A stretch of DNA of 62,694 bases, the filler included, from Phoronis australis (taxonomy: Eukaryota; Animalia; Phoronida), in the NCBI GenBank assembly GCA_002633005.1. It is 7 parts of 7 records of this genome, joined end to end, with 100 filler letters (N's around TTAATTAATTAA, not from the genome) between each part and the next. Parts side by side here need not be neighbours in the genome. Positions count along the whole stretch, not along the records: positions 7,206 to 35,180 come from NMRA01000675.1; 6 more parts are not named here. One strand, given 5' to 3'. Below, piece after piece: positions 23,201 through 34,389 of the stretch; position 1 is the first letter of the stretch, and each line of letters opens with the position of its first letter. Made by a program: the position numbers and the translations under genes. The notes beneath the pieces are model-generated. The model made no database searches. It saw only the letters and a program-made list of their open reading frames with translations, and was not told the DNA's origin.

Positions 23201-26200
23201 TACAAAAACTATGTGTAAGGGTATATGCGTAAAGTCAAAAAGAGCTCTCAGTATTCAAATTGGATTAGTCCTTTTCTTCAACTCATCGTTATAGCTATAT
23301 TTCTTAAATTTCGTTTTTCAGTAAAGATTCGAGCGCATTATCAAAACGATTTGCCGTGTAGTAGCCACAAAATGCGACATAAAAAGGCGTGATCCAGAAA
23401 CAATTCGCAATCAACCTACATTAATTTCAATTAGCGTCACACAAGAAGTTTTTCAAATGTGATTTGAGGCCAAACTAGTGGCCTTAAAGGAAAATCATGG
23501 GATACCTTTATTGGAGTTTTTGGATACGACGCAAGTTACATTCGTGGTGTAAGTCGTACGCTATCTGTCTGACTTCCTTGGTAATGCTGAATCATGGTAA
23601 GAGTACCCCCCTGGTTTTCGGCTGGTCTTTTCGTGTGTCAACAAATCATTGTCGCTGTTCGGTGTGTGTTGCGCATGTCTTGCCACTGGTGGCGTCGTAA
23701 ACAGTGAGTGCCAGTCAAACACTCGTTTAAAGTGGAATAATTAAAGATGCCTAGAACGCTAAAACCAGACCAAATTAAAGTATCCAAAGAGATTCTTTGC
23801 CACTAAAACATATTTCTGTTGTTCCCAAAGCATTTTTCTATTAGTTTCAAATTTCAAGAAAACGACATGTTTTTTCTTTCCCAAGGCAAAACACGTCTCC
23901 TTATTTGATATGGCAAGACATAGACGTAGCACATTTCCCTGATATGGAAAATGCAACCCTTGACATTTGATCTAAACAAAACAATGGCGACTTCAAAGCC
24001 CGATTTAGAGGCAATTGATACTTAAATTAGTTACAGAATGTCGTACTATTCAAATATATTTTATTCTAAAATGCACTAGGAATTAAGGAAATCCCTTGCC
24101 TCATACTGTGCTGTCGACCTCAGATTCGGAGTGCACGACACCTGCCTGTCGTTAATATCCTCGTTAGCTGTTTGTCGAATGACTGTGTGCGCATGCGTGC
24201 ATTAAACAAAAGTGGGAGGAAGATGAAAAACTCTGTGATGACTAGGTTTTTCCTTCGCGCGTATTTCAAAAATCGTGAGTTTTACGTTTTTTGTGGAATT
24301 TCCCTCACAAAGGGAAATTGAATAACTCTGTAGCAGATGTTGCGAGATGGTGCTTTGGTCAGAAATTGTTTAAAAGATATTTTTGACGAGGTTTCGCGTT
24401 CCATGCCTCTTTAAGGTAAATGGCCCTTGGAGTTTTCTAAATCGGTGATTTCTATGAAGCGGCACAGCCAAGAATTTAGTGTAACATTACAAAATAATAA
24501 CCTGTGAAATCACTCCACTTATGGGTCTTTTAGCCCATAGCACAAATGCCAAACAAACAGTGACTGAGTGATTACGTAATTTTACAGCAGTAACACGGAG
24601 AACCGATTTACAAACAGTACAATGAGGGGAGAGATTAGCTCGTACCAACCACAGACCCAGGATTTCGTCTTGGTGCGGAGTCTAAAAAAGACAAGCGTAC
24701 GAGTGCTTGGCCTGATTTATCCATTACAAGAGTGCAAAAATAAATGATCAGAGGGCTGGGGGTAGGCACCCCCTTTAGTTCCCTTCCTTCGTATACTGAA
24801 ATCATAAGTCCATGAGTACCGTGGACGCAAAAATTTCGTGATGAGACGAGGGTTCCGCGAGTTATGCTCAGAACTTGCCTCTTTGCACAGATTTGTTGCC
24901 GCAAGTGCTTCGCAAGCGCTTCGCGTCCACGAAACGAAACCATAGCATTTATTTTTGCGCTACTTTTTCAGCTATCAGCTGCAATGTGCCTGCCATCCCG
25001 AACACTATTGTTGAGCCGGATGTGACTTCAATCGCTCTTGGAACGCATGTGCTCTATCAATGCAGACGCTGGCATCAATTCCCCGACGACACGTTCGAGA
25101 AAGCTGCCGAGTGCGGATCTGACGGCAATCTTCAACCGCAGTACTCGGACGGGTGCACAAGTGAGCTTCAATACCTGTTTATGATTTTTTTCGAATCCCC
25201 CGGCGGCGTTTACGGCAAGTAAACTCTCATCTTTAAAGTTCAAATTCCTTCCACGGCCGTGTCGTAGTTAAAGCGTATGTGTATCATAGGACACAGTTTA
25301 CTGCGTAACATAATGAACTACCTTGTGGTGTCAGCATAAAGAGCAAGTTAACTACGGTGTGGACTTCGACCGTGAAGCTTTTTTCCACCCTGCTGACTAC
25401 GCCGTGATAGCGTAGTTTTTACAGCTTGTAAATCAAAATATTTTTGACGGAAGGCACAGGTTTATTGAAACTTAAGTTGTAAGGCGTAGCCCATTTTATC
25501 ATCTACACAGATTGTCATTCAGGAATGCTTTTCTTTTTTGGTGGTTGGATGGTGTCGATCGTTCATGTTCAAACCAGAAGATGTTCCTAGGTAATATGTT
25601 ACTGTTTGAACTCAGTTGAATTTTAAGTGACAACATGTGACACATCGGCTCCAAAAGACAACTCAGCAACGTGCTCTTACTCGGCGGGAGCTACAGTTAA
25701 CGCTGGCACGGTAAACCGGTGTTCATGCGCCGAAGGCTTTCGTTTCATCAGAAGTAAAACGAATACAGTAGAAACGACCTGCGTGGGAAAGAACAGCTGG
25801 GATATGAAGATAACCATCCAAAAATGTGAAAGTAAGTAAAAAGGTCAATATTTTCATATAATATCATATACACTAATTGTGTTATTCTGGTGTTTAATGG
25901 TTATTTAGATCGATGAAAATTACTGCTACGATATACATTTTGCAAGAATTTTCAAGAAACAAACTGCAGATCGAAGTCCTCGTACCTAGTCACTCGTATG
26001 TTATTGTTATAACTGACATCTGCAAGTCTTGCCCACTGGCCTGATATCAAAATACAAAACATCGTAAACGGCATGTTACTTAAATCAAATAAAACAAAAC
26101 ATATGGCACTCACATTATTTGAAACGAGAGACACAAAGGAAACAGTCGAATTACCTAAACGGTGTTCAACACAATTTTGATTTTCTCTTGAGTTACCTGA

Positions 26201-28040
26201 CAGTAAACAAAAGAAACGAAAAATGCAGAACCATTTCGGACCCGTTGAATTACGACACAAACGGAAAGCAAAACTTTAAGTTAAGGATCACTGTAGCAAA
26301 TATTACATGTCTCCCAAAATAACTTACATGTAAGGTTCCAGTGTGTTACAAAGCACTGAAATTTTAAACAAGGATTTGGCTTCATTAGGAACGCATTAGG
26401 CCACATTGCGTTGCACGGAATTGCATATTTTCGTAATTTGAAAGTAGCATCATTTGGTATTTGTTTCAGAGACCAACGACACCTGTCGAGTGCCTGATTT
26501 ACCATTCGCGTCGAGCAGTTTAGACACTGATCACATAATTAAGATTGGCGGTAAGGTCACGTTCACGTGCTCGCCGCAATGGGAGTTCGATAACGAGACT
26601 TCCGAATTGTCCGTGATTTGCAACACTCAGAACGGTTGGCTGCCCAAGTTGATCGAGCGAGGTTGTCGAATGAAAGGCGACGATGACACTGTTGATGGTA
26701 CGTTTTCTCAGTCGTCGTTTTAATTATATTTTACAGGACCACGTTTGTCCGTCCATTGACGCGCCTAAAACGCTAGTTTCCCGGCGTCATGCTACTCTGA
26801 TATATCTGATAGTCTAGATCATTCTGTAATTAGCAGAAACAAAGAAAACGTCGTGAAGGAGTTCCTATATACCAGAGAAACTTCGAAATCAATTTAGATA
26901 TTTCTGTTCACCATCTTGTTGACGTTACAACGCTCTTACTAATGACTTTTAACCATTACAGCAGAGGCATCATTGTGGTGGTTGTGGGTAATTCTTGGGG
27001 TCTGCATACCGCTCTTTCTGCTCTGTCTAGTTGCCACTAGCGTCCAAAAGTACAGGGCAAGGAACGCCCTAGCCAAACAGAATGCCCAAGGACAAGCATA
27101 CAGAGCCATTGATTACGGCACTGAGCAGGCGTCCACAGGTACTGCGGAATATAGCATGGCAGAATGCGATGATACTGTGCCAGTTATGCGCGCGAGAGCG
27201 CATACCATAGCGATTACGAATCCAAGCGAGAAACTTGAAACCATTTCATCTCATTCATTTAATAAACTTTACGATGTGCCAATCCGGGAAAATGAGAAAG
27301 ATTTGCTTCATACCCCACAACCGTTGCCGAGCAGACAAAGTGTACCATTGCCAGATCCCAATATGTCCTATGTAGGAGCAATAGTTGAGGAACAGCTTAC
27401 GCCTGCTCCATCGGAAACACTACTGTGTTCCTGTTTGGGCATCAAGATGAAAAAAAAACCAACCAAGAAAGAAGCCAATGGCCCGAGTGACGTGAAGGCA
27501 CCAGGAGAAGACAAGAACGAGAAACAACAGGGAGTCGCTGAAGAATCAGTGCTAAAAGATGTCAATAAGAATGACGAAGAACAGGTCCAGATTAGCAGAA
27601 AATCACCATTTGTAGACAACGTACTAGAGAATCTGGATGGATATACGGACAGTTTGGAGGCACGGAAGTTATCTTTACTGCGCCACGCACAAGAGCTGAA
27701 GCAGGCAAAGGACCCGTCATTTTTGCAAGGCGTCGAGGAAGAAAGAACAGCAGTGTGTGGTCAAACGCCCGGTGCTGTAGAAGAAATTCCTGACACGACG
27801 CCAATGGTAGAAAACGTTTCCGAAGACATACCCATTCAGCAAAAGGAAGAGACTATTGCTTTAGAGAAGTACAAATCACGAATTCGAGCGTCACTAGGCC
27901 GAAGGAAAACAAAAAGTGGAAGCAGTGGGGGTCACTCAATTTCTTCGTCCAGTAAGCGATTGTCCTCGCAGGGTACGGCAAAGGCGGAGCTTCCATCGAA
28001 AGACCTTCCAGCGGAAAATCAGAATCACGAAATAACATAA
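8068..28040 (+). CDS. Multi-exon gene: type I transmembrane protein with 13 divergent Sushi/CCP-like domains and a long cytoplasmic tail (5' signal exon not located)
   Basis: 14 exons with AG/GT boundaries; 13 are phase 1-1, 189-240 bp, multiples of 3 and stop-free, each with the 4-Cys frame; last exon has TM helix and stop; AATAAA at 28131-28136. Confidence 0.88.
9769..11970 (+). mobile_element. Decayed, internally deleted Ty3/Gypsy LTR retrotransposon (Gmr1-like order) in an intron
   Basis: RT-like NRFCIECHRLNVISKFGYKPMGNPDGIM...FFTKADLS at 10801-10950; RNase H-like KYLY...TDHQPLSYI...NIGAAYL at ~11650-11835; gag-like and integrase-C-terminal-like fragments at ~10010-10450; imperfect tRNA-Pro-like PBS TGGGGGC at 9769. 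Many stops and frameshifts; ends approximate. Confidence 0.8.
12766..12834 (+). pseudogene. tRNA-like sequence (SINE head or tRNA pseudogene)
   Basis: A box TGGTGTAGTGG, B box GGTTCAAATCC, partial acceptor stem; anticodon arm poorly paired. Confidence 0.55.
13632..13865 (+). CDS. CCP-like exon 2 (type Y): VCTIPAPTNQQW...YTCNAGHHWADKTAPQASRT...TCNAGVLLEAPVCE
   Basis: ttgcAG| ... C|GTAAGT; 234 bp, phase 1-1. Confidence 0.88.
14023..14238 (+). CDS. CCP-like exon 3 (type Z): FCVLNPPTGSNY...SCDLTYHW...GCIMEPPCT
   Basis: ttccatAG| ... G|GTGAGT; 216 bp, phase 1-1. Confidence 0.88.
16650..16862 (+). CDS. CCP-like exon 4 (type X): YCRLDLSPSMNY...LKCIQWYEWP...QCKPDGNLATVEACS
   Basis: ttgcAG| ... G|GTAGGC; 213 bp, phase 1-1. 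Confidence 0.88.
17097..17330 (+). CDS. CCP-like exon 5 (type Y): YCQVNSP...FSCDASYLWPDKSNPRGST...VCQPNNHQLASPPACQ
   Basis: cttacAG| ... G|GTGAGC; 234 bp, phase 1-1. Confidence 0.88.
17597..17815 (+). CDS. CCP-like exon 6 (type Z): FCSVFISSESMY...IDCNTGYHW...ECKLPEECT
   Basis: cttcAG| ... G|GTAACT; 219 bp, phase 1-1. Confidence 0.88.
18060..18272 (+). CDS. CCP-like exon 7 (type X): DSCTVNIPDDRFY...FKCVARHEWP...VCKGDGTIEYPEECQ
   Basis: cttcAG| ... G|GTAAGG; 213 bp, phase 1-1. Confidence 0.88.
18510..19300 (-). mobile_element. 3' fragment of a non-LTR retrotransposon (CR1/L2-group-like ORF2 C-terminus)
   Basis: Translations GFGIVWIQEGVGD, HRVALAKFRCS and VETELHFRLECNLYSDLR resemble the C-terminal Cys/His region of such LINEs; stops present; ends approximate. 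Confidence 0.7.
18897..19096. repeat. 50-bp tandem repeat x4 inside the LINE fragment
   Basis: ttcactaataaaagaggcagcatcgcctacacctt(g/c)ttgtatccaaac repeated four times, near identical, no spacers. Confidence 0.95.
19526..20327. mobile_element. Non-autonomous DNA transposon (Kolobok-like termini) flanked by TTAA
   Basis: ttaa|AGAGTTCCCATCATG ... CATGGGGGGAACTCT|ttaa: imperfect TIRs with TTAA on both sides. Confidence 0.7.
21041..21280 (+). CDS. CCP-like exon 8 (type Y, extra CQC): GCELDLSG...ACQCHRV...FRCTREFHWPDRHAPRGSRT...MCIQNSLVIPPACE
   Basis: gttacAG| ... C|GTGCGT; 240 bp, phase 1-1. Confidence 0.85.
21665..21877 (+). CDS. CCP-like exon 9 (type Z): FCTIVPPVGSSY...FYCLPGYSW...ACSLEPPCE
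   Basis: ttttAG| ... A|GTATGG; 213 bp, phase 1-1. Confidence 0.88.
22563..22775 (+). CDS. CCP-like exon 10 (type X, fifth Cys): ESCFLTIPPSPRY...SSCDRV...VECNEGFEW...LCSSNGSLSFPKPCS
   Basis: ttgcAG| ... C|GTAAGT; 213 bp, phase 1-1. Confidence 0.88.
23033..23110 (-). pseudogene. tRNA-like sequence (SINE head or tRNA pseudogene)
   Basis: Minus strand TAGCTCAGTGGTAAGAGC (A box/D arm), CTAGA-7nt-TCTAG stem-loop, TTCGATTC B-box-like; acceptor stem weak; followed by a T-rich tail. Confidence 0.5.
23745..24410. mobile_element. Non-autonomous DNA transposon (Kolobok-like termini) flanked by TTAA
   Basis: ttaa|AGATGCCTAGAACGCTAAAACC ... GGTTTCGCGTTCCATGCCTCT|ttaa: imperfect ~20-bp TIRs. Confidence 0.6.
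24972..25160 (+). CDS. CCP exon 11: ISCNVPAIPNT...GTHVLYQCRRWHQFPD...ECGSDGNLQPQYSDGCT
   Basis: tttcAG| ... A|GTGAGC; 189 bp, phase 1-1; closest to canonical Sushi spacing. Confidence 0.9.
25628..25831 (+). CDS. CCP exon 12 (6 Cys): TTCDTSAPKDNSATC...RCSCAEGFRF...TCVGKNSWDMKITIQKCE
   Basis: ttttaAG| ... A|GTAAGT; 204 bp, phase 1-1; retains the canonical Trp after the third core Cys. Confidence 0.85.
26470..26697 (+). CDS. CCP exon 13 plus juxtamembrane linker: DTCRVPDLP...TFTCSPQWEF...ICNTQNGWLPKLIERGCRMKGDDDTVD
   Basis: tttcAG| ... G|GTACGT; 228 bp, phase 1-1; canonical C..GW. Confidence 0.9.
26962..28040 (+). CDS. Terminal exon: TM helix (LWWLWVILGVCIPLFLLCLVATSV) and ~330-aa cytoplasmic tail
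   Basis: Acceptor ttacAG|CAG (NAGNAG, alternative start 26965), phase 1; 355-codon ORF; basic QKYRAR after the TM. Confidence 0.9.
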
Positions 28041-28130
28041 CAAGATGTATCGTTCAAAGTTAGAGGCGTGCAGTTTCGGAATGTCTTACGGTACCTGAGC
28101 ATCTCCGATATCAGAGGCAATTTTTAAACA

Positions 28131-28136
28131 AATAAA
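28131..28136 (+). promoter_or_regulatory. Candidate polyadenylation signal
   Basis: AATAAA ~90 bp after the stop codon. Confidence 0.5.
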
Positions 28137-28329
28137 AACGCAGTAAAAGCATTGGGCGACATCTTAGTAGAATGACAAAAGCATAGTTGATGATGGTCTG
28201 TTCTCCTGACTCTTTTTACGACCTTCCATGTCGCTGTTGAGTTAAAATACAAAAGCACCCGACTGCATAAATTTCAACCAAAACAATTTTCATTTTCAGT
28301 CAATCAAACTTATTAAAAACCTTTCTATC

Positions 28330-28847
28330 AGCCTTATTCCCAAGCCTCAAATGGTGCTAATCGGTTAAGCCATTTGAGGCTTGGTTATGGGAAATGAAAT
28401 GTGTCAGAATTCTGACAAATTTTCACGGAAATCGGAATATCACGAGTACAATAATCTGACAAATTTTCACGGAAATCGGAATATCACGAGTACAATAATT
28501 TTCAAATTTTCTGCAGTTTTACATAAAAATGACAACTAACTGTATATTCCAACAATTTAGGTCTAAATTATTGCAAAAGTGATGCATTGTGGTTAGAAAA
28601 GAGATTAATTTCTATGATACTAATAGTAAAACAGAATATTGAAATTAAGTATACGAAGAATCTTTGATTTCAAATAACGCCTTCCACTTCATGAATGGCA
28701 ACGACAACTCCTGTGAAAATAATTAAAATCTTCCTTTGTTTAATGACGTCAAGGCAGCGGCCCAATCATTGCGCGGGAGGTAATTCCTATAACCAACCCT
28801 CAAATGGCTATAGCGATCAGTACCATCTTGAGGCTTGGGGACGAGGC
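28330..28847. mobile_element. MITE-like element with ~60-bp TIRs that are themselves hairpins; internal 44-bp tandem duplication
   Basis: ccaagcctcaaatgg-N-ccatttgaggcttgg at the left end and its diverged reverse complement at ~28785-28847; 44-bp repeat at 28411-28498. Confidence 0.6.
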
Positions 28848-31319
28848 TACCTTTCTATGTACTTAGTAATACTCAAAAGTTCTAATACGAGGTAATAATA
28901 GTCTTCAAAGCGTTGGGTATCAATGTCTACAACTTACCGCTTGATATGCATGTATGGTTCTACTGGATTCTGCTCTGAGTGAAGAATAGATGACAGGTTT
29001 TGTATAATAAAATAAATCTCACCATCTACATGTAGTATTTGAAGATGTGGAAGAAACAATCATATTTTTAGTGCGAAGTCAGTCATTTTGGATTGGTCAC
29101 ATGTGAAAGGTCTGCATCCATGAGTTATATTTAATCCATTTTGAAACATATCTCTTTTTACGCACTTCTCAAGACAACGGTTTGTATTACCTAACCAAAG
29201 TATATTTTATAAAGAGTTAATCAGCTATACAAAACTTATGTAGAACACGGCCTTCCATTCATTAACATATTACCGATTCTTTTATGTTAAACGTGTATTA
29301 AGTGACCCAAAAAGGCAATAACCAGTTTTCTACTCCCAGTTCATTGAAATATCAACCACTAAATTTCAGATCAGAGGAGGCTGTATTTTGATTTAAAAGT
29401 CGGATTACCCCAACGCTCTTACGTAAATGATTTAGTAAATCTGAAAATTAGTTTTCTTCATCTAGATATCACTTCACACACGTCGCAACCAGAGACCTGT
29501 AGAAAATATTCGCATCTAGGACAGATAGACCACTTTGATCATTAAACTTTATTTTTATTTACTCTTGACCTCAACTTGCTTTTCAAAAGACATGCCCAAG
29601 TTACACACGACATCTCATAAAAAGCATGAGGTATAACGACGAGAACAGACAATTTGATATTTTCAAACATCTAGTACCTTCTGCAGTTTTACGTTACAAC
29701 CGCAATTTACAAACCGTGATAATATATTACTATATCCTGCTTGACCCCGATTCCCGACTGTCGGTCGGTTTTGCCGCCATTACCTGTCAGTGTAGCAGCC
29801 CTGTCTTTGTGCCATTCGGGACGGACACCCCAGCCACAACACTGCGTTTCTAACAATGCTATTGCCCAATAACTAAAAAAACTTTGATAGGCAATCATGT
29901 ATCCAATGTCGAGACTCAAAAAAAGCTTCCGTAAGTGAATTTTGGCGAGTGAAATAATCGTGTTTCAACTTAATTTGCATAATTTGTATATTCCAGACAC
30001 AATTTAAAGCATTGCGTACGATAAGTTGTAACAAACACAAACAACATGTACTTGCAAGAGTTCCCGAGACAGCTACATAGACGCAACGTCGACATGTCGT
30101 CGAAACAAGGAATTTGCACAACATGTCACGTATAAAAGCTTTGATCGCATTAATAAAGTTGTTTGACCGTGCAGTAAATATCATGCCTTTTCCTGACACA
30201 CAACGTCATTTACGCTCTGCATAGTACAAATTTTACAACAAACTGCTTCCTAACAATGATAATTCTATTGCTTACTTATCCATTATTGAAGTTGCAATAG
30301 ACGTAAAAACAACTCAATTTGTACGTCTATGGGAGTCACGTTATCCGACAATTTTTGGGAGCACCTACGGGTGGTTCTACATCGACCATCATAAATTTAC
30401 CTGAACCTTTATGAGAGGTCTCTCTACCCCTAGATATGCACCAATAGATGATATACTTATCGAAGACATCTTTCACTTTCATCGGCACCCAAATTAAAAC
30501 TTATCATCATCGATTCATTTTGCCACCCGCTGGATACAGAAAAATGTCCACTTGGACTCCTGTCTGTTTTTTGTCCTGGTTAGAAATTGCTCTGAACTAC
30601 TAGACCACTCAACACAACTGTACATGTATGTGCCCAGAGTCAAATCAAACTCTTCAGGTGTGCTCCTGCCATGGCAAATTCTACTTGGAAATTTAACCTG
30701 AAGTCCCAATGCAGATCAGCTTATCACTTACAAAATTTGGTGACTCAACCCGCAGTTTTACGTAATATTATTTCACAGACTTTGCATTTCAGTTGCCACC
30801 ATGTTCAGGACAGACGTGGTTTATTGAGACGACCTTGACATTACGGGTATGGCTACAAAATCTTACAGCACTCTACTATATACATGTATGAATGTCACTT
30901 AGGCTGGCAAACAAGTTGTTGCAGACTGTTAATACAACGCCTTATAAACATCTGAATATTACTAAATGGGAAGACACTAAAAACGACCTTATCAACTTTC
31001 GAATATCACTGAGTGTGACACAGGCCCTTAGGGACTGCTAAAACAAAGCGCTTTGTAAACATTTGAATATTTCTTGATGGGTAGCAGGGTGAGAGAAAAT
31101 TATGTTGAAGTGTACTACTGGAATTGTCCGTCTTTTTTCAAATTCAATTGGTTAATGTCAACAAGTGATGATGCTAAATTAGCCTAAGTAATACGTATTT
31201 TACGCTTTTCGTATCTGAGAGCTTGCTGCACTCTTAAGTATGTTACATATTGTTCTTTTGCACAGTGGGCCAATGGCATTTATTATTACAGGAATACAAA
31301 AAATTATCATTAATTCAGC

Positions 31320-31640
31320 AGTGACACCCGGTGAACTGAGCTTTCTCATTCACAAAGACTCGGTGGTGAACAATGAAGAATACAAAACAAGAATTACAAG
31401 TTGTATCACAACTAAGTGACCATGTGACTAAGCAAAGTGTCAGATTCCAATTTTATGCGCCCAACATTTTCTTTACAAGATAGCCAGGCGATGCATAAAT
31501 AAAGAGCACAATCAAAGCAATGAAGAGAGCAGCAATGAATGACTTGATGATCAACCACTTGAGCTTGGGCCAAATGACTTTCTTTAAGATTGTCCAGGGA
31601 TTCAAGAACCAACTAAAGGACGTATCTGGTCGACTGAAAC
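31320..31640 (+). mobile_element. Possible decayed LINE endonuclease fragment
   Basis: Frames give LSFLIHKD, FQFYAP and IVQG, reminiscent of APE-domain motifs GVGFLV, IQVYAP, IVMGDFN; heavily degraded. Confidence 0.35.
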
Positions 31641-34389
31641 AGATAAAATACTGAATGTTAACTGAGTATTTATGTTACTGTTAACACAGTTGAAGTAGAA
31701 AACAGACTGGGTTTTAGAATTCATCCAGCTGAGAACTAAATGCCAGTATTTATCGAATTGAAATAGATAATAGAACGAATGTAAAAAAATTCTCCACTTA
31801 AAACAGAAGTGTTAAATTAATCATCGAATATTTGGTGTTGACGTTTGTGCCAATATCATTACACGATTTAAACCGACACAGAAATGCACTGTAACATCAC
31901 ATTTTTAAAAAAATGTAGGTTCTGGATTTTTCCGATTTAGGTAACCACCGGACATTTAAGCATTTGAAACTTTTGCAAAATTATTAGTTTGGTCTGATCC
32001 TACAACGGATTCACCCATTGTATGCTCTCTGGGATTTGAGGATTATTAAGATTGACCCATATCAAGGTAATAACTCTCAAAGTGCTTAGTAATTTATAGC
32101 ACTACTTTAATCTGGCCTAGTGATTTTACTTGACTGGATCCAAAACGTCAAAATGACGTCACACTAAACAAGCGAATAAGGGGCTGAATTTAAGATTAAG
32201 TCAGATAGAGGGACAATAATATCGAGCATTCCATAAAAACAAATTGATTGATGTGATCTTCTAAGATCAATTTCACCTTGATCCATAATCACATCAGAAA
32301 TGATTGCTGACTTGAAAAGAACTGACAGGTACGTCAAACCAAGCCCATTCAGGGTAGTCTGTCATGGCGGCTTAGCTTCAATCACCAATTAAGCAGTATA
32401 GCTGTCAGGAGAGGTCCAGGCAATTTGTTTTAAATGATTTTAGTTCAAACGATAACATGGTGACGTTGCTTTGAAACTAAAGATCATTACACCTGTGACG
32501 GAAGTTAATTTTTAAAACCAGGATACGGTTTACGGAGGTTTTTGCTGACTGTTAATGTCCCGATTAAACTATAGCTCCGGATTGGCTTAATTTCGGTCCA
32601 TGTGCCCGTATGGGATCAAGGCACTACGTCCGCGTTTACACTAAAAAGGCTACTTATCCCGACCGCATCAACTCACTTTGTCTTCCCATTTACATGTACA
32701 CTAAGACCGAGTCGGCTTAGACGATGCGCCGTCTCAGAATTGGAAGAATCGTGTGCATGCGTACTTCGTTTCTCTCTGTTCCATTACAAAATACCGGGTA
32801 ATTGGATTGTTTTGAGGGCTTTCATTGATAACTTTCGTAAGATTTCATTCTTCTGGCAACCCCGCAATGAGAGTTGGCGGCTTCGTTTTGTTTTACCACA
32901 CATGCGAGTTGTGTACATTGACGTATTGGCTCGAAACCACCTCCTAAAGCGGGTTCGGGTTGAACCGATTACGACTAATCATACATAGTTTACACACGCT
33001 CAGCAAAGCGACTTCAGTCAGAAATGCGGCTTAAGCGGGTTTTATAGTCTCACGTGTGAATCGGGTATACGATCTAGCAGAGGCTGCAAGGATTAGTCCA
33101 GTAAAAATAGACAGCAGATTGAATGTTAACATCAATTCATTTGCAGAAGATAAATGGCTGAATATTTGGATTCATCCTGTTAAAATACGTAGACGGTTGA
33201 ACGTTACAGGTATGCATGTGAAGTGGATGATAGAGTGGATGTTAGGATATAGGCTTGTGTAGAAATAAACAGATGCTATATTTGACTATAGCATAGAACC
33301 AGATAACTCAGATAATAACCGTCCATGCCTCTATAAGCGCCCTCCACGCGTTTTCAGATTTTGCTAAAATAAGCGCCCAGCCCATGAACGTGTACGTGCA
33401 AAAAATGCCTTACCTACAGTCCTAAAATTCTACAGTAACGTCTCCAAGTTTTCAATTATATCCGACAGAACTGAAAAAAAATCATTGTGCGCAGAATTTG
33501 TAGACCACGAGCCTCGCCGTATTTAGCCGTGACTATACAGTTCCAACTTCTGCCGTGTCCCCAAAACGAACACAAATTTGCTGATCTCGCAAGGAATGTG
33601 TCCCACTATAGTCTGGCCTTTCAAAAGACATAGTGTACTTGTCAACGGGATTGTATTGTAGATATTTCTCGCTTTCAACAGAAATTTCTTTGTACACGTG
33701 AAAACCGCGAATCGAAGACTAATAAAAAAACTTGACCGGTGTTAAAAGCACGTGGCCACGAAGCGCGCGCTACATGCATGTACCTGTCATCAAAGACATT
33801 AGTCGGGAACTATCCATTCATGAAACGGGTAGCATAGCATCGCCATTTTCTAATACTATAAAAATGTTTGCGTTATTTTTATGAGGAATTGTTTGATTAA
33901 TCATAATTGGTGTTTTTAAGCCCAGTATCCGACAAGATGACCACTGACATTGAATGCTTACACACCCTTACACCGAAAAATAACTGTCAGATAATCACGT
34001 AAGCATCCAGGCACACGGCGACTAATATGAGCGAACGTTTTTAGCCCGAGACCGGCAAGTGCTGAATGAAACACGTTCTGCTTTAGGCCTACGCACTGTT
34101 TGTGCCAATTTCTTTAGATACAATGCACATCTAGCTCGTTAGATTGCGTTTGCTCTGGCCACAGACGGTCTCTGCTCTGGCAAATGAACTCTGGTGATAC
34201 GCACGCGCTCGCTTACTCACAAACGCAGACGAAGTTCAAAACAAACTAGACCGGCAGCCCAGAGCACTTAGCATAGATGAACGAGGTACCAACATCTGAC
34301 CACGGGAGCATTTAAAGCCCACCTCAGTATGTACAGAAATGGGCGTCTGCCGTTGTCTGCACTCTGGGTGTGACCCCTGGGGGCCTTAC

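Noticed and set aside
25616-25627. Alternative upstream acceptor (ctcAG at 25614-25615) for exon 12
   Set aside because: It would add an in-frame TAA.
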